DNA from: Thermodesulfobacteriota bacterium
GTDB taxonomy: Bacteria > Desulfobacterota_D > UBA1144 > Nemesobacterales > Nemesobacteraceae
DNA length: 64,000 nucleotides
NCBI GenBank assembly: GCA_965229995.1
Contig: OZ245933.1
Span: 1,451,703-1,515,702, forward strand
Direction of reading: 5' to 3'
Position 1 is the stretch's first letter. Every line of letters starts with the position of its first letter. Positions 19,411 to 28,421 of the stretch are shown here, in pieces. Under the pieces are notes generated by a model that did no database searches, had not been told where the DNA came from, and saw only the letters and a program-made list of their open reading frames with translations. The translations under genes were made by a program, and so were the position numbers.

Positions 19411-19773
19411 TTCAGGTTTTGATTATAACCGCTTGCGTCAACTGTCCGCAAATTGATTGCAGCTTACCAACGGCAATGAATTCAGACCGCGAAAAACACC
19501 GGATCAGTTGTTCTTCGAAACTGATCCACCCGCTACGTTTGGCACTTGAAACCACGCTGAATAAAAGCAGTCGGCAAGTTGAAATTGTACTTGGACAGTA
19601 CACGTCAACTCGCATATAGAGATACGTTCGGAAAAATCACGGAAATGCATTGCGCTGCCGCAACTGCCTACTCGCATCGCGGCATTTTGACAACGAATTA
19701 CAGCAAGATATTATTTTCAGATTAAAAATCAGCAACAGAATGTCCAACCTTAAAATAGAGTAATACTGTTTCC

Positions 19774-20774
19774 ATGGCAGAAAAAACAATTACTCCGAAA
19801 AACATATGTCTGATTGGAGCGCCGGTTGACAGCGGAAAACGCCAGAAAGGCTGTCTGATGGGACCGGACGCGCTGCATGTCGCCGGTCTGGTGAAGGCTC
19901 TTGAGGATCTGGAGCACAACGTGCGGGACATAGGTTCCATTATCCCATCCGAAATTCTTTCCTCGCCCATTCATGTTCCGGTACCCGATCCGATGCTTGA
20001 CGGCGCTATGCTTGATGACCCGATGTTTGACGAGCCTATCATTCACGAGCACGAGCAGACCGTCAATTGGATTGAATCCCTGCAGAAAACCGGAGAAGAC
20101 CTCGGCGATGAAGAATTGCCGATTTTTCTTGGAGGCGATCACTCGCTCTCCATGGGTTCTGTCTCCGCAATGGCCATGCGGGCCGCCAAGATGGACCGCA
20201 AGCTCTTTTTACTCTGGATTGATGCCCATAGCGATTTTAACACGCCCATGACAAGCGAAAGCGGACATACCCACGGCATGTCGATTGCCGGCTGACCGGA
20301 CAACCGGGCTTTGAAGTCGAAGGGTTCCCCTCTCCGCCTTGTCCGGTCCCGGGGGAAAGAGTAGCTATAGTCGGCCTCCGTTCCGTTGACCGGATCGAAC
20401 GCATCGGGCTTAAATCAAGCGGCATCGAGCTTATCAATATACGATCCGTGAGCAAAGGAGGCGTCCGCGCGCCGCTCTTATTGGACTATCTAAACTGGGT
20501 ACGCGAGGAAGAAGGTCTTCTGCATGTCTCTTTTGACGCCGACTCGCTAGATCCGTCGCTGGCTCCAGGCACAGGCACTCCGGTCTCAGGGGGACTGGGA
20601 CTGCGGGAAGCTTACCTTCTTATGGAGATGATCCACGAGAGCGGGCTTTTGTCATCTCTTGATCTCGCGGAGTTAAACCCGGTTCTCGACAACAGGGGAC
20701 AGACGGCAAAACTCCTGGTTGACCTGACCGCGGTTATATTCGGAGAGCAGGTTTTTGCCGGCACTAGAGACTAG
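19774..20774 (+). pseudogene. rocF: Arginase, frameshifted near 20291
   Basis: GGDHS, DAHSD and HGM in the first frame. After a shift to the -1 frame the protein continues LTGQPGF...GLRSVD...HVSFDADSLDP...GGL...ELNP to TAG 20774. Confidence 0.85.
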
Positions 20775-21412
20775 GTTCGGAGCAACCACCCGCCTCAGAT
20801 CTCTAAGCAGGCAAGCTAACAGCTTGCGCACAGCCCCTTCGCAAAGAGGAAGTATCTAAAACGGTTCCACAACAACCAACCATCCCGATACTGCCAGTTA
20901 GCGGTTACGTATCGTAAACTGAAAAGCTGTCACCGTTATCCGCAGAAAGGTATTAACTGCTTGCCACCTTCCCCAGGACTACGCCGGCCCCCTATGTACG
21001 GGAGTTCTTTGCCGACAAGAATTTTGCTTTGCATTAAAACCTTTCCGGAGAGTTTTCGTCGTATCGGTACTTTTCCAATTTCTGCCGCAAAAAAGATATA
21101 AGTGAAAGCATAAAAACAGACCTGGAAAAATCAGGCGCCAGCAGTGTTATGGCTAATCTGGTGAACCAACCGGGAAAATTGCTGGATTGAGGACGCCAAC
21201 CCGGCTATTTGACTGATCGACCCATTGGATTCAGCGCATATGACCACCTGAGTCCAACGGTTTTTTGCCAAGAGCTTCCACGCAATTACTTTACTTATAC
21301 TTACCGGTTAGTAATAATTGTACTGTTGATTTTCAGAAGAATTTCTTAAATCTGGATAAATTGCTTTTTAACCTAGGCACTTTGGCAACTCCAAGATTGA
21401 GGTTTGAAAAAA

Positions 21413-21438
21413 GAACTATAAAAATCGCTTTATAGTTC
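21413..21438. promoter_or_regulatory. Perfect 10-bp inverted repeat upstream of the large surface protein gene
   Basis: GAACTATAAA-AATCGC-TTTATAGTTC, 24 bp before ATG 21463. Confidence 0.4.
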
Positions 21439-21462
21439 GGCAAAAAACATGTTTCAAAAACT

Positions 21463-24400
21463 ATGCTTGTTAAATCCGGCAAAAATATATCACTTATTCT
21501 GAATCTAGTTTTTATGCTTGTCATGGCATGGCATTTTTCTTTTACAGTCAAAGCTGCGACATTGCCGGAGCGGCTATCCTCCGATTTTATCAGCGAGTTC
21601 ATAGAGAACGAGTCCATAGAGAGTGTCGAGGAATTCATCGAGGCGCTGCCGCCGCTGCATAAAAGATATTTTCTGCTTGTATTCAATTCCGAGGCTCCAA
21701 ACAAGGATTTTGTTTCCGAGGATTACCCGAGGATTATTTCCTGGGGAGCCAATGCACGCTTCATTCTTTCCTGGGCAACCAATCCCGATATACCCAAATA
21801 CCAGTCCGTTGAATTTCTGGAGCAGGGTTCCGACAGATGGACTTCGGGAGTAATCGATTTTTCTTCCTCCCCGCCCGAGATATCGAACCCGACTGATTGC
21901 GCGACCTGTCATGGCAGTTTTGCTAAGCCTCTGTTTGGACGACAGCCTTTTTGGCAGGGCACCGAAGAGCCGGATGGCTTCTCTGACTTTACGGAAGACT
22001 CGCCTCACGTGCAACCTCTAAGAAACGCAATGGCGTCAACCGATTCAAGATTAGCACCTTTGGATTTCGAAAATTCACGTCTATTAATTGGTTATAGGCG
22101 TGAAATTAAAATTGCGCCGGGAGTTTTTAGTTATTCGGCAACTAGAGGCTTTTATAACATGCTCGTCCGCCGGCAAGCGGAAATTCTGTTCAACGACTTC
22201 AGAAGGCGTGAGCAGAATAACGAAATCGACTTTGTTCAAGATTTCTTATGTAACGAGATAAGGAATCCTATTGGTAGAACAGCTCTTGAACTTGAATTTG
22301 ATAAAGAGCGTCTAAGAAGAAATTTCTTTCCCTCCCAGCGGGCTGACGATCTCAGCGGTGTTCAGGGAAGCCCACAGAGCAACGGCGGCATGCCCAACTA
22401 TGGTAACGGTGATCTGAGAGAGACATTAGAGTTTCTCTATTTTTATCATCTTTGGCAGACCGACGACCGAATCAAAGAGCTCTACAGAAGTTCTTTGAAT
22501 TCGCACCTTTTCTGGCGAAAAAGACCGTATCAACAGTATGAAAAAATTTTTAATTTTAATAATTACGGATTCGGAACTGCTACTTCGGAAGATGAGCTGA
22601 TTCATTCATATAACATATTTTTTGGGTACAGAGGGCAAAATTCCACTGATGCCAGATTGAAGAGCCTAATATACCCACCTGATAGGATGGGGCGCATTTT
22701 TGAAGGTCACGTTCTCAAGGCGAGATCATATGTATGCGAAGCGTTAAATGAAGAGAATGGGCAGAAAGAGTTCTGGGTTGCGGACAGTTTCGCATCGGAA
22801 GCGGCAGAGCAGATCGTTTTCGACATCGTTCTGGGACAGAACAACAATCCACCGGCAGTGGTGTATTACAGCACCGAAGACGAAACGGCAACAAACGGCG
22901 AGGATTACACGGGCATGGCGGGTTCTATTTCCTTTATGGCGGGGGACAAGGAGAAGAGGCTGGTTATTCCCTTGATTCATGACAATTTGAATGAAGATAC
23001 CGAGACCTTCCTGTTAAAACTGACAGACGCGCAGGGAACCACCCTTGACACCGCAAGGGGCAGTATTAAACAGAGCGATGCCAATCAATTGGCCGTTTCA
23101 TTCAGAAAAACCAGCTACAGTGTCGCAGAAGGGGAAAGCGCTGAAGTAATAGTGGATATAAAAGGCAGGAATGCCGGGCGTAGCGCTACTATACCGCTTA
23201 AAAAATACCATTTAGAGTCCACCAGCTCAGATTATTCTGAAATTCCAGACAGTTTTGCTTTTTCAACTGCTGAGACCGAGAGCAGTTTTACTTTCACGGC
23301 AACGGATGATTCTGAAGATGATAATGGGGAGAGCGTGGAGTTAAGGTTCGGCAGTTTGCCGATAAATGTTGTAGTAGGCAGTCCCGCAACAGCAAAAACA
23401 ATGTTGAACATAGTGGGTTCAGATTCTTCGGGGATTTCCGAGAACAGCGCGCCAAGTGCCGACGCCGGAGACGGCGGAGATTTTGCGGTCGGCAGCTCGG
23501 TAACGCTTGACGGATCGGGGTCCACGGATTCCGACGGGAGCATAACCCTCTATTCATGGACGCAGACCGAAGGCGATACAGTAACGCTCACCAACGCGGG
23601 CTTGGGAAAGGTGAGCTTTACGGCTCCTCCTACGGATTCAACCCAGACTCTTGGGTTCCTTCTGACCGTTGAGGACGATGACGGCGCCTCCGATACAGAT
23701 ACGGTTTCGATTGCCGTCTACCGCGAGAACAGCGCACCAAGTGCCGATGCCGGAGACGGCGGAGATTTTGCGGTCGGCAGCTCGGTAACGCTTGACGGAT
23801 CGGGGTCCACGGATTCCGACGGGAGCATAACCCTCTATTCATGGACGCAGACCGAAGGCGATACAGTAACGCTCACCAACGCGGGCTTGGGAAAGGTGAG
23901 CTTTACGGCTCCTCCTACGGATTCAACCCAGACTCTTGGGTTCCTTCTGACCGTTGAGGACGATGACGGCGCCTCCGATACAGATACGGTTTCGATTGCC
24001 GTCTACCGCGAGAACAGTCCGCCCAATGCCGATGCCGGAGACGGCGGAGATTTTGCGGTCGGCAGCTCGGTAACGCTTGACGGATCGGGGTCCACGGATT
24101 CCGACGGGAGCATAACCCTCTATTCATGGACGCAGACCGAAGGCGATACAGTAACGCTCACCAACGCGGGCTTGGGAAAGGTGAGCTTTACGGCTCCTCC
24201 TACGGATTCAACCCAGACTCTTGGGTTCCTTCTGACCGTTGAGGACGATGACGGCGCCTCCGATACAGATACGGTTTCGATTGCCGTCTACCGCGAGAAC
24301 AGTCCGCCCAATGCCGATGCCGGAGACGGCGGAGATTTTGCGGTCGGCAGCTCGGTAACGCTTGACGGATCGGGGTCCACGGATTCCGACGGGAGCATAA

Positions 24401-25410
24401 CCCTCTATTCATGGACGCAGACCGAAGGCGATACAGTAACGCTCACCAACGCGGGCTTGGGAAAGGTGAGCTTTACGGCTCCTCCTACGGATTCAACCCA
24501 GACTCTTGGGTTCCTTCTGACCGTTGAGGACGATGACGGCGCCTACGATACAGATACGGTTTCGATTGCCGTCTACCGCGAGAACAGTCCGCCCAATGCC
24601 GATGCCGGAGACGGCGGAGATTTTGCGGTCGGCAGCTCGGTAACGCTTGACGGATCGGGGTCCACGGATTCCGACGGGAGCATAACCCTCTATTCATGGA
24701 CGCAGACCGGAGGCGATTCAGTAACGCTTACCAACGCGGGATTGGGAAAGGTGGTGAGCTTTGCGGCTCCTCCTACGGATTCAACCCAGACTCTTGGGTT
24801 CCTTCTGACCGTTGAGGACGATGACGGCGCCTACGATACAGATACGGTTTCGATTGCCGTCTACCGCGAGAACAGTCCGCCCAATGCCGATGCCGGAGAC
24901 GGCGGAGATTTTGCGGTCGGCAGCTCGGTAACGCTTGACGGATCGGGGTCCACGGATTCCGACGGGAGCATAACCCTCTATTCATGGACGCAGACCGGAG
25001 GCGATTCAGTAACGCTTACCAACGCGGGATTGGGAAAGGTGGTGAGCTTTGCGGCTCCTCCTACGGATTCAACCCAGACTCTTGGGTTCCTTCTGACCGT
25101 TGAGGATAATGACGGCGCCTACGATACAGATACGGTTTCGATTGCCGTCTACCCTGCCCCAAAATCTGGAGGGATTATCGATCCACCTGTTGTACCGCCA
25201 AGGGCTTCCAACCCGTCCGTACCGCCAGTGGTTTCCAGTCCGCCTGTACCGCCAGTGGTTTCCAACCCGCCCTCGCAAGCTTCAAGTGGGGGATGCACGA
25301 TTGCATTAGAGAACACAGAGAATCCCCAAAAAAGTTCTATATTAAACTTGCTTTTGCTACTGCTGACGTTGTTTCCGAAAGCTTTACTAAAACATCCTCG
25401 CAGGAACTAA
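21463..25410 (+). CDS. Large surface protein: signal peptide, CxxCH domain, Calx-beta-like domains, 6 PKD-like repeats, Pro-rich linker, GGC-TM-basic C-terminal sorting signal
   Basis: CATCH motif, V.Y.T.D.TA..GEDY...G.I.F Calx-beta pattern, P.ADAG...VTLDGSGS.D.DG.I..YSWTQ repeats, tail SSGGCTIA...ILNLLLLLLTLFPKALLKHPRRN. Confidence 0.88.
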   Translation: MLVKSGKNISLILNLVFMLVMAWHFSFTVKAATLPERLSSDFISEFIENESIESVEEFIEALPPLHKRYFLLVFNSEAPNKDFVSEDYPRIISWGANARFILSWATNPDIPKYQSVEFLEQGSDRWTSGVIDFSSSPPEISNPTDCATCHGSFAKPLFGRQPFWQGTEEPDGFSDFTEDSPHVQPLRNAMASTDSRLAPLDFENSRLLIGYRREIKIAPGVFSYSATRGFYNMLVRRQAEILFNDFRRREQNNEIDFVQDFLCNEIRNPIGRTALELEFDKERLRRNFFPSQRADDLSGVQGSPQSNGGMPNYGNGDLRETLEFLYFYHLWQTDDRIKELYRSSLNSHLFWRKRPYQQYEKIFNFNNYGFGTATSEDELIHSYNIFFGYRGQNSTDARLKSLIYPPDRMGRIFEGHVLKARSYVCEALNEENGQKEFWVADSFASEAAEQIVFDIVLGQNNNPPAVVYYSTEDETATNGEDYTGMAGSISFMAGDKEKRLVIPLIHDNLNEDTETFLLKLTDAQGTTLDTARGSIKQSDANQLAVSFRKTSYSVAEGESAEVIVDIKGRNAGRSATIPLKKYHLESTSSDYSEIPDSFAFSTAETESSFTFTATDDSEDDNGESVELRFGSLPINVVVGSPATAKTMLNIVGSDSSGISENSAPSADAGDGGDFAVGSSVTLDGSGSTDSDGSITLYSWTQTEGDTVTLTNAGLGKVSFTAPPTDSTQTLGFLLTVEDDDGASDTDTVSIAVYRENSAPSADAGDGGDFAVGSSVTLDGSGSTDSDGSITLYSWTQTEGDTVTLTNAGLGKVSFTAPPTDSTQTLGFLLTVEDDDGASDTDTVSIAVYRENSPPNADAGDGGDFAVGSSVTLDGSGSTDSDGSITLYSWTQTEGDTVTLTNAGLGKVSFTAPPTDSTQTLGFLLTVEDDDGASDTDTVSIAVYRENSPPNADAGDGGDFAVGSSVTLDGSGSTDSDGSITLYSWTQTEGDTVTLTNAGLGKVSFTAPPTDSTQTLGFLLTVEDDDGAYDTDTVSIAVYRENSPPNADAGDGGDFAVGSSVTLDGSGSTDSDGSITLYSWTQTGGDSVTLTNAGLGKVVSFAAPPTDSTQTLGFLLTVEDDDGAYDTDTVSIAVYRENSPPNADAGDGGDFAVGSSVTLDGSGSTDSDGSITLYSWTQTGGDSVTLTNAGLGKVVSFAAPPTDSTQTLGFLLTVEDNDGAYDTDTVSIAVYPAPKSGGIIDPPVVPPRASNPSVPPVVSSPPVPPVVSNPPSQASSGGCTIALENTENPQKSSILNLLLLLLTLFPKALLKHPRRN
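23440..25152 (+). repeat. Six near-identical intragenic tandem repeats (285-288 bp, 95-96 aa)
   Basis: Units start at 23440, 23725, 24010, 24295, 24580 and 24868. Confidence 0.97.
25192..25272 (+). repeat. Three 27-bp repeats encoding a Pro-rich linker
   Basis: GTACCGCCA at 25192, 25219 and 25246, encoding VPPRASNPS / VPPVVSSPP / VPPVVSNPP. Confidence 0.85.
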
Positions 25411-25557
25411 CATGGTTTGACTAGAAAAATTCTCCACGCCAGTACGAACGCGCCTTGTCTCAATACATTGGGTTCATCCTTATAGCAATCAAGATGAAAT
25501 GTTTCTTTTGCTTAATTCCATATGAACCTTTATCTGAATTCTATTTATGATGTTTAA

Positions 25558-25911
25558 ATGCGGTTAAACAAGCGGGTAGAATGTTTTGTTGTGAGTGTAA
25601 AACCTAAGGAAATAAACGAATTTACTGAAAAGGCTCTTCAGATCATCTGGGATGACGGAGAAGAAGACATATTCTTTTACGACGAACTCAGGGAAATCTG
25701 TCCCTGCGCCACCTGCAGGAGGCTCAGAAAAAAAAGCAGGACTGGAAAACTTCCGTTTAAAAAACGTATTCCCCTTGGAAAAAGCGGCTTGGCACCAGAG
25801 AGGATAGAATACGTCGGGAATTACGCTATAAGGTTTATAGGAGAGAACTGGTGTGAGACCGGGTTCTACACATTCGATTTTCTCAAAAAGAACTGTGTGC
25901 CGGGCAAATAA
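25558..25911 (+). CDS. DUF971 / gamma-butyrobetaine hydroxylase N-terminal-like protein
   Basis: L.I.WDDG, LRE.CPCATC, VGNYAI, G.YTFDFL. Start may be GTG 25591. Confidence 0.8.
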   Translation: MRLNKRVECFVVSVKPKEINEFTEKALQIIWDDGEEDIFFYDELREICPCATCRRLRKKSRTGKLPFKKRIPLGKSGLAPERIEYVGNYAIRFIGENWCETGFYTFDFLKKNCVPGK

Positions 25912-25929
25912 CGTCCCCGCAACGGAAAA

Positions 25930-26793
25930 TTACGCCCGCGCGCTTATAGAAAGCCAGTTCCTGGTCACGAAGTGGTCGCCGTCTTCATTCACTTCCCCGT
26001 GGATAAGGATAGCGGGCTCAACCGCGTTTTTCATAGCATCTGACGCAACCTCATCCGGATAGCCGTGAAGAGCCCCTGAGGCGTACTGCTGGAAAGAACT
26101 TATATGTTCCCAAGCTTCTTTCGTAAGGTCAGCGGCAAATTCCTGTGCATCAATAAGATCAAATCCCACCTTGCCCACGAGTTCTTCGTAATAAGAACGT
26201 GGGTGAAACTTCGCGGCCTCGGCTTTTTTCTCGATCCTAACTCTCTTCACTCCCTGTTTTTTCAGGAACTGGACGGCGTTTTTCACCTGAGCCCTGTAGA
26301 AAGGTATGGTCTCCGCGGGCCTTGCCTCTTCGTAAAAAGACGTATTGAAAAAGAACCAGCCTCCAGGCTTTAGCGCTTTCTTGATCGCCTTAAGGCTCAG
26401 AATCTGTTCCTCCTCGTCAAGGTAGTGAATGCCGTTACCCCATATTGCCACGTCAAGGCTTTTCGGAGGCAGATCGAGTTCCTGTATGGATGAATTTATA
26501 AGAGTCAGCTTGTCAACCTCTTTCTCAAGCCTGCGTTTGGCAAGCTTAAGCGCACCGGCCGACTGGTCAAGGCAGAACACCGCGGACTCCTTGAAGTTCG
26601 AGGGAAGCATATCGAAAAAAAGCTGGGCCATGGTGCCCGCGCCTGTAGCGATGTCAAGAAATCTGTCAAGACTCTCCACTCCCCTGTCGACCATTATCTG
26701 TATCCAGTTTCTCGTTATATCGCCGTTTACCTTTCTGTACTCTTCTGTATCGGCAAAAGGCTCATAATTGTAATCTTCAGCATGCTTTTCCAT
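25930..26793 (-). CDS. Class I SAM-dependent methyltransferase
   Basis: LDIATGAG motif I, LDQS, GNGIHY, LKPGG. Confidence 0.85.
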   Translation of the reverse strand: MEKHAEDYNYEPFADTEEYRKVNGDITRNWIQIMVDRGVESLDRFLDIATGAGTMAQLFFDMLPSNFKESAVFCLDQSAGALKLAKRRLEKEVDKLTLINSSIQELDLPPKSLDVAIWGNGIHYLDEEEQILSLKAIKKALKPGGWFFFNTSFYEEARPAETIPFYRAQVKNAVQFLKKQGVKRVRIEKKAEAAKFHPRSYYEELVGKVGFDLIDAQEFAADLTKEAWEHISSFQQYASGALHGYPDEVASDAMKNAVEPAILIHGEVNEDGDHFVTRNWLSISARA

Positions 26794-26924
26794 CGTGTAT
26801 CTCTCCTCGGCTTTTAGCCCGCCCGCACAACATACCTTTTATACCTTGAATTCTAACACAATAGCAATAAAAGCGTTAAAAAAATAAACGCAACACTGAA
26901 GGTCTCCGAAATAATGCAACGAGG

Positions 26925-27566
26925 CTAAACCCCTCTTTTTTCTCCCCAGAATATTTTGTGAAGCTGGGGAAGCACTCTCACGTTCCCCATACCATCACGG
27001 AGAATTCTCTCAGCAATCCAGCCTGCTTGTGTGCCATAAACGGGCTGGAATATGATTGAAGCCCTGATATTATGCTCCGCTATGACACCCCTTGCGTATT
27101 CGTAATCCGCTTCGTCCGCTATTACGAACTTAAGCTGGTCCTTTTCCTCCAAGGAATCGTAAAGTGAAAAATCCATTCTGGAGTCCATGCCCGAACCGGG
27201 ACATTTGCAATCCATACTCACAATCGAATTCGGGTGGGAAAAAATCTCAGGCGGTTTCTTGTTTCCGCTTGTTTCAAGCACGACCGCAAAATCCCTTTCG
27301 AGCAGAAATTCCGCTACCTCCTCCACGGCCTCCCGCTGGATAAGCGGCTCACCGCCGGTTATGCAGACGCGGGAGCAGCCGTACTCAAGAATCCTGCTCA
27401 GCACTTCCCCGGCTTCCATATCCCGGAAGTCAGTTCCCTCAACGGCGTACATGGTATCGCACCAGCTGCATCTTAGATCACAGGCAAAAAGCCTGAGAAA
27501 AACCGTCGGCAGCCCGATATGGACTCCCTCCCCCTGTATTGAAAAGAAGATCTCGGTTACCTTCAT
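26925..27566 (-). CDS. queE: 7-carboxy-7-deazaguanine synthase (radical SAM)
   Basis: Start ATG 27566: MKVTEIFFSIQGEG, CDLRCSWCDT, TGGEP, ETSG, QLHK. Confidence 0.93.
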   Translation of the reverse strand: MKVTEIFFSIQGEGVHIGLPTVFLRLFACDLRCSWCDTMYAVEGTDFRDMEAGEVLSRILEYGCSRVCITGGEPLIQREAVEEVAEFLLERDFAVVLETSGNKKPPEIFSHPNSIVSMDCKCPGSGMDSRMDFSLYDSLEEKDQLKFVIADEADYEYARGVIAEHNIRASIIFQPVYGTQAGWIAERILRDGMGNVRVLPQLHKIFWGEKRGV

Positions 27567-27571
27567 CGCAA

Positions 27572-28246
27572 TTACGCCTCGTATTCGGTCGGGTCGGCCA
27601 CGTCCGCTTCGATAAAAGCCCTTTTTCTCTCTCTGCAGGAACTGCAGGTGCCGCAGTGCACCCGGGAACCCACGTAGCATGACCACGTGTCTTTGAAAGG
27701 AACTCCGAGACGCACACCGAGCCTGACTATACCGGACTTGTCCATATCCACAAAGGGAGCGACTATGGTGAGCCGTTTGTTATCCGTCGCGAGTCTCTCC
27801 GCCTCCTCGAAAGCGGAAACAAACTCCAGGCGACAGTCGGGATACACGCCCCTGTCGGAATGATGCGCGCCGTAGAACACCGTGTCGCAGCCGATGCTCT
27901 GCGAATACGCGACTGCCAGGGAAAGAAAAATGGCGTTTCGGTTCGGAACAACCGTGGCGGCGAGAGTCTCGTAATTGCGCGCGGACGCGGAAACCCTTGG
28001 AATCTCGATGTCCCGGTCGGTAAGCGCGCTGGCACCGAAAAGATCCTTTATGGAAGAAAGATCAACTATGTTCGGCCGAAGCCCCAGATGGCGACATATT
28101 TTCTCTGAGGAGCGGATCTCCTTTTCATGTTTCTGCCCGTAGACAAAGGTAAGAGTATAGACGTCGTAACCTTCCCGCACCGCCTTGTAGCAGAGAGTCG
28201 AACTGTCCACTCCCCCCGAAACCATGACAACCGCTTTTCCAGACAC
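27572..28246 (-). CDS. queC: 7-cyano-7-deazaguanine synthase
   Basis: SGGVDS, YGQKH, VPNRN, YPDCR, TWSCY, CGTCSSC. Start uncertain (GTG 28246 preferred over 28306). Confidence 0.95.
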   Translation of the reverse strand: MSGKAVVMVSGGVDSSTLCYKAVREGYDVYTLTFVYGQKHEKEIRSSEKICRHLGLRPNIVDLSSIKDLFGASALTDRDIEIPRVSASARNYETLAATVVPNRNAIFLSLAVAYSQSIGCDTVFYGAHHSDRGVYPDCRLEFVSAFEEAERLATDNKRLTIVAPFVDMDKSGIVRLGVRLGVPFKDTWSCYVGSRVHCGTCSSCRERKRAFIEADVADPTEYEA

Positions 28247-28421
28247 TCGTTTAATATTAAAGTCGAAAAAAGCAAATAACAATTCCCGAAACTGCTCCGG
28301 CACCACGGCGACGGGCGGGAAAAATTGAAATTCAAACGGTTTCAGCCTGTTGGCAGAAGCAAATCGGAATTATATACTTATTTACCCAGAAATCGGGGGG
28401 AGAAAAACGCAGAGAAATTCT

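Noticed and set aside
19501-19527. 9-bp inverted repeat GGATCAGTT/AACTGATCC in the sirtuin-arginase intergenic region
   Set aside because: Isolated hairpin with no T-tail and no recognisable riboswitch or second copy.
20293-20295. TGA in the arginase as selenocysteine or readthrough
   Set aside because: The downstream arginase sequence is in a different frame, so readthrough would not restore it.
23294-24985. Repeated 70-87 aa minus-strand ORFs (MNRGLCSRR...)
   Set aside because: Antisense by-product of the 285-bp coding repeats.
23440-25152. Possible CRISPR or other non-coding array
   Set aside because: Units are long, in frame and contiguous, with no unique spacers and no cas genes.
26925-28246. 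queC/queE as part of a DNA-modification (dpd) or QatABCD defence system
   Set aside because: No dpdA/tgt-like or qat partner genes nearby. Consistent with ordinary preQ0 synthesis.
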